Of a DNA stretch of 64,000 nt, positions 1 to 12,109 are shown one piece after another; positions within the stretch are counted from its first letter, which is position 1; each line of letters opens with the position of its first letter. The position numbers and the translations under genes were made by a program. Under the pieces are notes generated by a model. It was not told where the DNA came from. It saw nothing but the letters and a program-made list of their open reading frames with translations, and did not search any database. This stretch comes from Eledone cirrhosa (taxonomy: Eukaryota): contig OZ024745.1 of assembly GCA_964016885.1 (NCBI GenBank), forward strand, positions 46,500,001 to 46,564,000, read 5' to 3'.

Positions 1-859
1 TTTCTTTATAAAATGTTATGCAAAAAACAAAACAGCTTCTTGAACATTCGGCTATGTTAACAGTTGCCTCTCCTACACATCAAGTATTGTATTGTTTTCT
101 ATTGTGTTGGTTTTATGGATTTCCTTTCTATTTCATTATTTTATGGCTATAACAATTTTCGAGTTATCTCAAAGCTATGCGTATCCTTTAAATCGTTAAG
201 ACAATTTTTATTTTCTTTATATTATGGGTTTCTTATGAATCGGAAATTGTAGCTTTAGATGTTTAACTCTCAACATTATGTAATAATTTAGCAGAAAATA
301 TCTAAAAACCGACTTGTTAATTCAACATTTTTTTTTTTTTTTTCAGGAAATAATACATCAATCGTTTATTTTGAGCCATTTTTTATTTCACATTTGAAAA
401 GAGGGTTTTAGCCCTGAAATATACTGGGTAAACATTTTGTTTTGTTTTATTTTATTTGTCATCCTTTATAAATTTCTACCATACTGTATTGACTTTTTGA
501 AACTTATTTATTGTGGTCAATAGCCCAGCTCAAATTCAAATGTAGTTGTATATGCTATACAAATAAAAATGTTGGGTTAAATGCATTTGACTTAGCATCG
601 TTCCAACTGTTGTTGTTTAACCCATTATCCAATGTAGTATTACACAGTTTGAGAGACAGAAGAGTATAATGTAAGGGACATTTGATTACTATCTCTAGCA
701 GGTTAAACAACTAGAGGCCTCCTTATAATTAAGTTGTGTGAAATCTATGTGTGATATAAACCAGTGTTTCCAAACATAGGTTCCAAGAAACACTGTAAGA
801 TAAGGTACTTGTAATACAAAGTATTTCGCGAAGAAATAAGTTTATGGAGTAGGGGTGAC

Positions 860-1140
860 GACAAAAAGTACCCAGCACACACTGTAAATGTGGTTGGCGT
901 TAGGAAGGGCATCCAGCCGTAGAAAACCAGCCCACACTGTAAAGTGAACGTGTAAAAGACACGGAAAAAACACCCAGCACACAATCAATCAATGTGGTTG
1001 GCGTTAGGAAGGGCATCCAGTCGTAGAAAACCAGCCTATATGAGCGAGACACGGTCACCCGACCCAACTTGCCTATAATTGGGACAAACTCGTCTAACCC
1101 ATGCTATCGTGGAAGATAAACGTTAATCGATGATGATGAT
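860..1140 (+). mobile_element. RTE-family 3' tail (5'-truncated LINE or derived SINE) with duplicated internal unit
   Basis: Two copies of aaaa(c/gt)acccagcacac...tgtggttggcgttaggaagggcatccag, then aacccatgct..gtggaa..acgttaa and a (gat)n tail. Near-identical to the LINE end at 14590-14769. Confidence 0.8.
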
Positions 1141-3499
1141 ACAGGCTATCACTATCACAAAGCTACCAAATGAATCATATACGCTACCATTCAATGACAA
1201 TTTTGTATACATTTTCTCTTTAGTTCAAAGAACTACACCCTAATTGCATACGTTTACAGTTTACTCTGCTTCAACATGTCTTTGACACAGATACAGACTA
1301 TTGAACTCTTGGGAGCAACTCACCTCATGTCCAGAGACTATGACACGAAACGAGCCAACCTACACGGAGACATCTGCCCTGCTAGAAATAACAGCCAAAT
1401 CTCCCTCAAATTACATCATATCGCCTTGAAAGAAAAATATTAGATAATGTGACACTAGCTGAAGAACACAAACTAATGCAGTATCATCTGATCATGTCTT
1501 CACCAGATCTGATCTGGGGTTAAACATACATTGTCCAAATTAAAATTCGTCGTTGAACCAGCATCTTTGTAATATATTATGTCCTAAGATTTAAAAATTC
1601 AATACATGCAGTCTCCATTAATTTTTACTAAGAATTAGCTGCTGTTTGATCCAGACGAAGCATCATTGAAAATACTTCTAATAATCACATTGTATCTATA
1701 TATATATAAAGCAATAGTTTTCCCTTTAGGTTGAGCGACTATGTAAAGATGTCAAGGGACTGTGTAGTGTGAAGCTGTTGATTATTAATGTTCATTTTGT
1801 CTTGATCTTTCATATTAGAGATGAACGTGAACGTGAATTTATCATCTATATACAAGTTTAAATGCTTCTAAGGATTAGTGCTTATAACACAAATTCATTC
1901 ATGGATTTTTTTTTTTTTTAAAGATAAATAGCATATCATTAACATAAAATTTTAAAGGATCTCTAGTAATCCCTAACGCAAACATTCATACGATTCATAA
2001 TCATTTAAGACTTAAGCTTCAGGGCCCTGTCCATTCAAATTATTTTCTCCTTCAAGTCGCGCGCTTGTGCGTGTATTTGAATGCATGTGCGCGATAAACT
2101 GGTGTTCGACTTCTGGTTTATTTTGAGAAATTAAGCTAAATGTTGACATGTACAAAATACTAAAGCGGTTGATTTTCTTTTCTTCAAGAAATAATTCTGT
2201 TTGGAAGTATTCGAAAGCAAATTAGAGCTAACAAAATTACATGCACATATATACTTGTTATATTAATAATTTGGTTTGCACTCGACGAAAACTAAGTGTG
2301 CATATATAAATATTAGACGTAAAAACATGTCAAATATTCTATCAATTCTGTGAAGAAAATTGACAGAATAATAAGGAACTGGTAAACCCATTGGAAAATA
2401 ATAAAATAAAATAATTCAATGACTCAAGATAGTTAAGTAAAAACAAGAATTTAAATGGGGGTTCATTTAGGCATGGTTTAATAACAGGTTATAGATGTTC
2501 AAAACACGGAATGATTTCGAGAATGCAGGAAAAAAAAGAAGTGAAATTGGGGTGTCTGAAAACGTATATGTATGTATGTATCTATGTATATATATATATG
2601 TATATATCTATGTATATATATATATGATTCAAATACAAAAAAAAAAATCTAACATATAGTTGGAGCTAAGTTAAAACGTAATGAGTGAATTAGTGAATTG
2701 ATAATTCTGAAAACAAACGGTAGACAGAGCTTTGTTTAACAGTAATAAATATCAATGTTTTGGATTAAGATATGGTTACACACAACAAAGAGAAAATTGG
2801 TATCTAGAGAACAAAATTCTAAAAAGATATTTGTTTTAAAGCTAAAGACATGAACAATAAACGTTTACACACGTCCGCGTATCACTAGACAGAAAAGAAA
2901 AATAAGCTACGTATACTTAAATACCAGTTTCTCAACTGCGACATAAATTTATATATTCAGAGCAAAGTAAATACTAAACTACAAATGTATGTATTTTACA
3001 CATTTATTGTGTACTAAAATAATTGCGTAGAAATACAGGAAAATAATATCAATAGAGTTATGTTGCTTATTTATGTTTAACACGCATTACTAAAGGAAGC
3101 GCGCACTTGCTGCTCATTGAAATCAAAGTATATAGTTTAATTTTAAAACATACACGATGCAAATACCCTTTATTAGTAATATATTTGCTCTTCCTTGAAT
3201 ATCGTTATATTATAAATATATTTTTAAAAAAATATTCTCTATACTCACAGAAAACTCTGATTCGTAGTCCAAAACTGAACCTTCTTCCATGTCAAGTCAT
3301 TTTTAGTTTCCTTTTCTTCCGTGACTAACTCTAAAAATATACTCTCTACACAGAGATGTTTATTACACAACATCCAAATATACACATCTAAATTTTTAAA
3401 AATAACTGTAAATTTTAATAATATTTTTATTTGTTTCACTTAAAAATTTGCTTTATGTTTAACAATCAAATACAAATATTTGGTGTTATTACTAAATAA

Positions 3500-3600
3500 T
3501 ATAGGTTGGAGAGTAGCTTCGTTACTAGCTACGAGGACTTCTTTTTTCCGCCATCGTTCGTCCTTCAATGCGGCGAACAACGGAAATTTCCGAGCAAAGC
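3500..3600. promoter_or_regulatory. Probable DEAF1 promoter (CpG-rich patch, possibly bidirectional)
   Basis: Local CpG cluster in very AT-rich flanks about 170-260 bp upstream of the ATG. Contains CCGCCAT (YY1-like), several TTCG/TTCCG motifs and the palindrome CGGAAATTTCCG (3581-3592). Confidence 0.5.
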
Positions 3601-3760
3601 TTATGGCAGAATAATTCAGTTTTCTCTATTTTGGAAATACTTAAAATTTAAAGTGCATTTAATTTTTTCCTGTTACATTCATTGACATTTATGCCTGAAC
3701 TCAAAGCCAAATTACAGAACCCGACTGAAAAATCTGTCGAAGGAGAGTTTCTTTACTGTT

Positions 3761-4199
3761 ATGTCTGAAGTGGATATTTCCGACTCACTACCGAATGGTG
3801 ACGATCCCGCATTCACGGAGGAGGAGGACGACCCACAGCAGACTGCCTCCGACCACCCAGGTACGGACACTGGTTCTGGAACTGTCACCCCTTCTGTGGT
3901 CACTAATAACGGTACAATCCCAGCAGATCAAGTGTTTGTTGCAACATCTCAAGGGATACTATCTGCAGAACAGCTTCAAGAAGCAGGTATAAAGACCACA
4001 CATATCGTCATTCATGATCAAACCTTAAGTGTTGCAGACGAGTCTGAACTAAAACCTCCATTAATTGCGCCATCAACTCCTCTTGATAAAGATATAAAAG
4101 GGTTCAAATATCAATGGGATGATTCGGTTCATTGCACCATCTTGCCTGTTAGATGTAAAAACACTAATGGAGAACTCTACAAGAACAAATTTGGATCAG
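3761..4199 (+). CDS. DEAF1: DEAF1 homolog, coding exon 1 (acidic N-terminus and start of SAND domain)
   Basis: ORF MSEVDISD...KYQWDDSVHCTILPVRCKNTNGELYKNKFGS matches the DEAF1 SAND start. Phase-1 donor TCAG|gtatca at 4199/4200. Confidence 0.93.
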
Positions 4200-5944
4200 G
4201 TATCAAAAGCTCCAATTATTTCCTCTTAATATGTTGCAGATTGCAATTTTTTTTAAATCATTAAATACTTTAAATCTTTTATATTCATAAAACAAACTGT
4301 GTATTTGGTTACGTATTCTGGCAACCCCAATGGATTTAAAGCAATAATAGTTCATCTTTATATTTTTTCCGTTTACTCTGTATTTGTTTTGCTTTGTAAC
4401 TATTTTCATTATTTTGATTCTTTTCCACAACTTAAAATTGACTAAAATTGTATTTAATACCAATCAAGATAATTTCAAAGTTACTTCTAAACTGGTGTCA
4501 GTTATTAAGACACTGAAAGCACTAATTTCTCTATAATCTGACTATTAACCTGGTTGTTTTATATATTCATTCGGTTGAATTCTTTACACACTACTTTTCT
4601 ATATTGTTTATATGTTATATGAATGCGAAAGCAACAAAATATTTATTCGAATTATAATTTAAAAAAAAAAAAAAAACTATTTGAAATATTGTTAAATCGT
4701 TTAGATTTGAACGAGGGATATTTATAACTGCTACAAGTTGTTTTCTCTTTCGTCGAACTTCTGTTAGCTTCAATACAAACAGGAAACCTAAATAAATAAA
4801 TAATGATAGTGATGTTATTGTACGATATTTTGTTTACGATTTATTAAGCGAACTTCTGACATTGAACTAATTACAAGGACTACTAAAAATCGTTTGTATT
4901 TTATTGAGTATTGAGTTCATTGTTGATGGTGAAAGAGGAAGGGAAAAAAACCTCCCTTCTAAACATTGTGTTTCTGAGAAGATAGACTCGTGATAAACGA
5001 CGATACGTAACTAAACTTTGTGGACAAAACTATATACTTCATTTATACTTTCATTGTTGAAAGAAAAAAGCTTTAAAAAGAAACTTTGTGTAGATGATTG
5101 CCTTCAGAATAATTTTTACATTTAGACCGTAATCTAAATAAATACATATATGCATATGTTTATTTCTAAATAATGTATCAGTTATTACGAACTTCCCGAA
5201 GCTTCTTTTGAATCAACTTGTTTAGCCTCCTGTCGACCTTCATTGAGTATATTTGATCAAAATCATTCCATCCGTGACAATCCTGGAATGCATTGTCCAT
5301 TGTGACTAACCTTTTCAAGACAGGAGGATAATATTAGTAAAAGTAAGTCAGAAAGAAAAGATGTACCCACTCTTAATTACACGAAGACGCTAAGGAATGC
5401 TTGTGTTATCCTCTTAAAATCGTTGAGATAACTCAAAATATGGCATTACCGCCAAAAACGACAGCCAGATCTTCACATCATACTGTGGATAATGTAGTTG
5501 TAGATAAAATATGCATGAAAAAATATGGCGTGGTTTGAATACTTGGTCAGAGATATCTACTTAATCAGTGTTTGTTAATATTAAGTCTTCTTCAGTGAAT
5601 TTGTTTGACAAACTAGTAAATTGAATGAGATCCAAATTTAATTATAACATTTTTCACTACACATGTTCACTTTGTCACCCATAACAGCTTTACTTAGAAG
5701 CCTCTATATTCTAAACATTCACAGAACTATATAATTTCTTTATGGTTTTAGTCAGGAGGAATGAACTGTACTCATGACGTTTCTAAGAATCTTCAAGGCT
5801 GGTGGGATTGATAGAGTTAATGTACAGTTTAAACCTTATCTGCTTCAGTTCAGATGTTATAGTATACAGCCTGCTTCATTGTCTTTTCACCAGTTTTTTT
5901 ACTACAAAAGTCCCTTACAATTTCAAACTTACATATTATGCATG

Positions 5945-6370
5945 TTATCATCATCATCTAACTCCCTTTTCCTTGCTTGCAAGGATTGGACGGGTCGTCA
6001 GTACTTATTTGGAGCCACAGACTAGGGGCTCACATCTCACTTATATACGCTCTTGCATTCTACAGAGTTTACTGGACGTTATTTATAATGGCACCAGCAC
6101 TAGGGAGGGGGTCATGTCTTTGACACAACTGAAGAATTCTCTTGACCTATTCTTTGACAAGTTTTCTATGGCTGGGTGCCTTTCCTATCACCAACCACTA
6201 CATAGTATACTGATGTGTTTAATCATAACACCAACAGTAGACAGATTATGCCCTTGACATAACTGGAGAGTCTTCTAAACTATTGGCATGGTTTCTATGG
6301 TTGGATGTCCTTCATATCACCAAACACATTACCTTTTGTACTGGGCACACTTTTCATGACACCAGCACAA
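5945..6370 (-). mobile_element. RTE-tail family copy with internally repeated ~120-bp units
   Basis: Starts with (atc)n; recurring caccagcac...tttctatgg(c/t)tgg..gcc.ttc.tatcaccaa units are the reverse complement of the tail motif. Confidence 0.65.
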
Positions 6371-8036
6371 CAAATATAGAGAAATAAATATACTTTACAT
6401 ACCTACCAATTAAAAACTGCCAAATATGTGTCAAAGATAATCCTAGATATAGCCTTCTATATACCACATTTCACTAAATGTTGCAACTCAGTTTTCTCTT
6501 TTAAATGATTTGCTACAGGATGTGATACCTTTATTTAAATAGTACAAAAAAAAAACTATAATATTTGCAGAAAATACTCCGTTAACATTAGTTATTAAAG
6601 GCTATCATTTGTCTTATCAGCAATATCTCATCTCTTGTTTCTCTGCCATAACTATAAGGTACAAAATGAAACCTGTGTAAGCAAACCACCAATCTTTGCT
6701 CCATCATCAGCCTTTCTCATTTAGTGTTATCCATATGCATTACATGTCATGCCCATGGGAGCATTTTATTGTGACTGTGGCTCTACCACCTTACAGGGCA
6801 CTTGAACCTGGTATCCAGTCTAAGGATAACCTATCCACCAGTTATGGGCACTGTCCTTCCTCCTCATCTAGACACATGGATAAATATGCCAGCTGTCCAC
6901 TTCGCCTATTCATATATTAATCTTGCACACATATCAATACAAAGAGCTCATTCCATGCTGCTAAACTTAGGTTCACCACCTAAGTTTTATTGCCATATAA
7001 CATAGTCTGTCTTTGGAACAGAATGAAACCTTATTTTTTGTCACCAGAAGCATTTGGTATCAATCACATTTCTTGATCCTGGCAAAGATTGAAAATACAC
7101 ACCAGCAATTTTTGAACAATGGTCCTTATTTGAGACATACATACACAACATTCTAACTACCCAAATAAATGAGTTCATAGTTGCAACTATAACTATATCA
7201 TACACAAAACAACACCAGCCACGCATAAACAAATTGAAATCCTTGATCAACAAAAAAATATATATGTATATAATAGTCACACTTCAACAATAGTTGGGAA
7301 AAGAATATGGTACTAGACATCCATCATTTTCTGTGATTTTTTTCCCTTTTAAGATAGTGGGAGTAGTTTGAATGAGATTTGGCTGTTAGTCCTAGCAGAT
7401 CAAATGATAAACTATTTTATGTTGTGTATTCTTCAAGCAGACAAAGATAAGGAGATAATGCACAACCTACATGCCTTCATCTGCCCAATCAGAGATGAGT
7501 TGAACTACAAAAGGACAATGTGTCATTCTTAAAAAGGATGTTAATCTCCATAAACAAAAGACTAAAATTCTTGGTATAAGTATAAGAATATCGTTGATAC
7601 AGCACAAAGAACAATGTCAGTCATGGCTAAATATTTAATTAGAACACAATGGAAACCTGACACTTTCAACATATATCTTTAAGTCTTAGGCAGATATTGT
7701 TCTCCCAGCCCAACACATACCAATATACAAAGACCCCAAGCCAACATGTAAAACCAGATGTATCATGACAAATGCCTGGTTAAGGTTAGGAAGGACAGTT
7801 AGCTGGAAATACTGACCAAGCCAATGCGAGACAAGAATGGAATGAATGAACTAGATGTCTCCTGTCTGGCCTAGTCTCTGAATGTGACAACCCATTTGGT
7901 CTAAGTAGGTGTTGGGGAAGTAAATGTCCAGTGATTATGTTGATGTACTCTCCTCTCTCCTCTACACCCTTGATACAACTTTCCTGTCCACTCCATGCTT
8001 GTAAAGCTGGACACACTCCACATTTTTTCTCCCACA

Positions 8037-8400
8037 GTGCTGATGCCACAACAGCAAAAAGTAGCCAGTTCATGCTTTATGGTGGTAGTGCTGGTGCCAC
8101 AACAGTAAAAAGTAGCCAGTTCATCTTTTATGGTGGTAGTGGTGGTGCCATAACAGCAAAAAGCACCTAGTCCATCCTTTACAGTGGTAGTGGTGGTGCC
8201 ACAACAACAAAAAGCACCCAATCCACTCTTTACGGTAGTTGTGCTGGTGCCACAACAGCAAAAAGCACACAGTCCACCTTGTAATGTGGTCGGGCTGGTG
8301 CCACAACAAAGAAACACCCAGTCAACCCTATAAGGTCGTTGTGCTGGTACTACAAAAAAAGTATCCAGTCCACCGTTAGGTGGTCATACTGGTGCAGGTA
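8037..8400 (+). repeat. ~51-bp minisatellite (about 7 copies) within an RTE-tail element ending at ~8580
   Basis: Unit gtgctggtgccacaacagcaaaaagcacccagtccacctttacggtggta repeated with degeneration, followed by the tail motif and gatgat end. Confidence 0.85.
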
Positions 8401-9205
8401 CCATGAGAAAATCTCCCAGGACACACTGGTTGGCATTAGAAAGGGCATCTAACCATAGTAAAGTAAGCCCAAAACAGGTCTGTATGTGCAAGATGTGGTC
8501 ACCTGACCTGACCAGCCTCAGAGCATGACAACTCACCTAATTCATGCAAGTATGGAAAATAGACATTAAATGGTGATGATAATCTTCAATTACTTTGTTA
8601 TTATTAGCACCACATTCCATATTTATTAATATAACAGTTTGTGACATTACACAGCCACAATCATTTTGCTTATTCTTTGTTTTCATTCAATATTTTTAAT
8701 AGAGGAAAGAACATCTAACCACTACTTTGATTCTTAACAGTTCTATGTATTGTGTTAATTACATATATATATAGAGAGAGGGATAAAAAGCTATATATTG
8801 TTAGAAAAGCACATAGTATTTTGTACATATATATAAAGCATATATTTAGGAAAAAGTACATACTTTAAGGTTCTTATTTTCCTTATAGTACTGTTTCATT
8901 GCTCATAAACCCAAAGCAAAAATCTAAGTAATCGATTATCGATTACCAACTACCAATTTTTGTAAAGCTACAGAAGACAAAACTAATCATTAGAGGAAAT
9001 CATCTTTGGATAAGTTCCAATAAAGTACGAAAATACTTTTATATCTGTCGGGTTCCAAGAATCAGTCAAAACTATAAACAGCATGGTGTGAAGAACGTCT
9101 TGACTGTGGCAGCAGATATAAGGACTGGATGTCGTATCTGCTAGAAAGAGGCGTGAAGTACTAGTCACAGTAAAAGCAACTCAATGAATTAAGTATTTGG
9201 AGCAG

Positions 9206-9420
9206 ATATATACTAAGTTAAGGTATCATATCATAACATATAATATGTATGATAATTGTTTCTCAGTAGAAAAGCTCAATGGATGTTTGCCCAGAGCATC
9301 TATATATATTTTATAATTTGAATTATTGATGCTCTGAACAAACATCCATTGAGCTTTTCTACTGAGAAACATAATTATCATACATATTATATATGTTATG
9401 ACATCTTAATTTACTATATA
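9206..9420. repeat. Long inverted repeat / foldback element (arms ~90 bp, 27-nt loop)
   Basis: 9231-9300 (tcataacatataatatgtatgataattgtttctcagtagaaaagctcaatggatgtttgcccagagcatc) is almost the exact reverse complement of 9328-9401. TA-repeat flanks. Confidence 0.9.
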
Positions 9421-9609
9421 TATATATGAATCATCAATCATCATTTTACGTCCGCTTTTCACTGCTTGCAAGGGTGGGACGGGAACTGATTCTGGCTTGA
9501 TTTCTACAGCTGGATGCCCTTCCTAACACCAACCTCATTTACAGTGAATGCTGGGTGCTTTTTTGCCGTGGCACTTCCACAGCCACTTTACAGTGGAATG
9601 ATATGGACC

Positions 9610-9745
9610 TCAGTCCCTATCATCTCATTTCTACAGCTGAGTAAACTAGAGCAATGTGAAACAACACATCACCCGGTCTGAGAATTGAACTCACAACCTT
9701 TCGATTGCAAGGCCAATGCTCTAACCACTAAGCCATGTGCCTCCT
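9610..9745 (-). mobile_element. tRNA-derived SINE
   Basis: Reverse strand reads ggcacatggcttagtggttagagc (A box)...gagttcaattc (B box), followed by tttactcagctgtagaaatgag body. Confidence 0.7.
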
Positions 9746-9762
9746 ATATATATATATATATC

Positions 9763-9950
9763 AGAATCCTGGAATTCTGTGACGCCAATAACCTAACTAT
9801 CTGTAACACAAACTTCAAAAAACGTTAAAACTACTTGATATCCTTACTAGAAGACTGGACAAATTGTGTGTTGCAAACACTAACCCCCCCCACCCCCACC
9901 CATGAAGAATGCACCTCCCAACATAGCCTAGTAGTTAGTGACCTCATAGT
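9763..9950 (+). mobile_element. RTE LINE family B, 5' fragment (end of AP endonuclease), interrupted by LINE family A
   Basis: RILEFCDANNLTICNTNFKK and EECTSQHSLVVSDL. Homologous to 16740-17010 in a second family-B copy. Confidence 0.75.
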
Positions 9951-12109
9951 TCAGTACACTGGGTAGTGACCACTGGCTTGTTATGAGTGAGGTCCACGTG
10001 AGCTTAAGAAAGAGCAAGGCTCAGCCCCGGAGAACAATCTATGACTGGGGAGCTTTCAAGGAAGATGATAAGCTACAGGAGAGGTTCACAGTGGAAGTGA
10101 GAAACAGGTTTAGTGCTCTGTGTGGAGAGAGAGATTGGATGGACTGAGGAGAGTGTGACGGGGAGGTACGGGCACTTCACCAATGCAGTGGCGGAAGCAA
10201 GTGAAACCCTGGTGCCGAGGAAAAAGAACAAAGGGAAGCACCTCAGCTCTGCAAACCCAAAAGTGTGTGCAGCCAGAGAACACCTGAAAGCTGCCAGGGA
10301 CCAATTCTATGCTGATCCTACGGAGGAGAGGATGGAGACTGTGGAGGTGATGAGGGAAGAGCTCTGTACCGCTTACACTGAGGTCAGAGAGGAGGCACTG
10401 ATAGAGAAGATCAGAAGTGTGGAGAGAGCGGTTGACAGATCTGGATGTAAGGAGAGCTGGATGATCATCAACGAGATCACAGGGAGGAAGAGAAGGTGTT
10501 CAAGTCAGATCCAGGGAACGGGGCCCGAGGAAATGGCTAGACCATTTTAGGACCCTACTAGGAGAGCCACCCTCCACAGCCCAGAGCACTGGGGAGATCA
10601 GGCGGCTGTTTGAGGAACTGGATGTTGAGACAGAGCCCTTCACCAGAGAGGAGCTTCAGAGAGCCAAGAAGAGGATCAAGGAGGGCAAGGCTCGTGGAGA
10701 AGATGGAGTGGCATCAGAGGTGTGATTTTGATGATATCATCCTGGGGTTCTGTAACGGGGCACTGGAGAAAGGAGTTGCCCCGAATCAGTGGAGGATCAG
10801 TAACATCGTCCCAGTGCCAAAGAAGGGAGATCTCTCTAACACCAACAACTACCGGGGGATCTCACTGACGTCACTTGTGGCAAAGACCCTCAACAGGATG
10901 ATTCTTAACAGGATCCAGCCTGAGATGGAGAAGAAGCTCAGGGACAACCAGAACGGCTTCAGAGAGGGTAGATCAACCACCAGTCACATCCTGATGCTGA
11001 GGAGGGAGCTAGAGCAAAGTGCCTTCCTGCGGTCATGGTTTTCATTGACTTTAGGAAGGCCTTTGATTCTGTGGACCGTTACTGCCTGATGAAGATCTTA
11101 CAGGCTTATGGAATCCCCAAGAAGATAGTGGACCTGATATCACTGCTCTACACCAACACCAAAGCCCAAGTCATTACACCTGATGGGATGACAGAGTTCT
11201 TTGAGATACTGGCTGGAGTGCTCCAGGGAGATACATTGGCTCCCTACCTTTTTATCATCGTAGTGGACTATTGTATGCGCCTTGCACTGGAGAAACACCA
11301 GGGCTCTGGCTTTACTGTAGCACCGGCTCAGAGCAGGAGAGTTAGGGCGAAAAAGGTATCGGATGCTGAATTTGCCGACGACATAGTTTTGGTGACAAAT
11401 ACAGTGAAGGAGGCAGAGGATTTGATGCGGGAGGTTGAGACTGTGTCGATGAGTGTGGGGCGTAGAATGAATGAGACTAAAACAAAATATCTGGTAGAGA
11501 ATGTTGAGAAGCCAGAGGGGATCACTAATGTAGGCGGGAAGCCGCTGGAATTGGTTGAGGACTTCCTGTATTTGGGAGCAAAGATTGGGAATACGGAAGA
11601 TGATGTGGTTGAGAGGAAGAGCAAGGCCTGGGCGGCGTGCCACAGCTTGAGATCGGTGTGGAAGTCGGACCTTCGTAGAGACCTGAAAATCCGCCTCTTC
11701 ATTGCTGTATGGGTCTGAGACTTGGACACTGACCAAGAAACTCACTCAGATGGTGGATGGGTGCTACACGAGAATGCTGAGGATGGCTCTGAACATTAAT
11801 CAGTATACACTGAGGATGAAAAACTCAGAGCTGTATGGGAGCATCCCAAAAGTCAGCTCAAAAGTGACACAGAGGAGACTGAGGTTGGCTGGACATGCTC
11901 ACTGACATCCAGAGTTGACATTGCACTCAGTGCTCCTTTGGGAGCCCCTACATGGACACACTAGAAGAGGAAGACCAAGGTTAACGTATGTTGATGCCCT
12001 AAGGACAGACACTGGTCTGTTGGAGATGCAGGACATGGCAGCGATAATGAGGGACAGAGACCGCTGGAGAGAACTCGTCCATGGATCTCGGGAATTTTAC
12101 CCGCCTTAG
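9951..12109 (+). mobile_element. RTE-clade LINE family A, 5'-truncated and frameshifted (APE end plus RT)
   Basis: LGSDH, VPVPKKGDLSNTNNYRGISL, NQNGFREGRST, FIDFRKAFDSV, GVLQGDTLAPYLF, FADDI, LYGSETWTL and RLRLAGH across ORFs 10113-12109. Confidence 0.93.

Noticed and set aside
7901-8317. Cys/Thr-rich repeat protein (metallothionein- or keratin-associated-like)
   Set aside because: It is the translation of the 51-bp retroelement-derived minisatellite inside an intron.
11140-11745. 201-aa antisense ORF
   Set aside because: It is the shadow frame of the LINE reverse transcriptase on the opposite strand.
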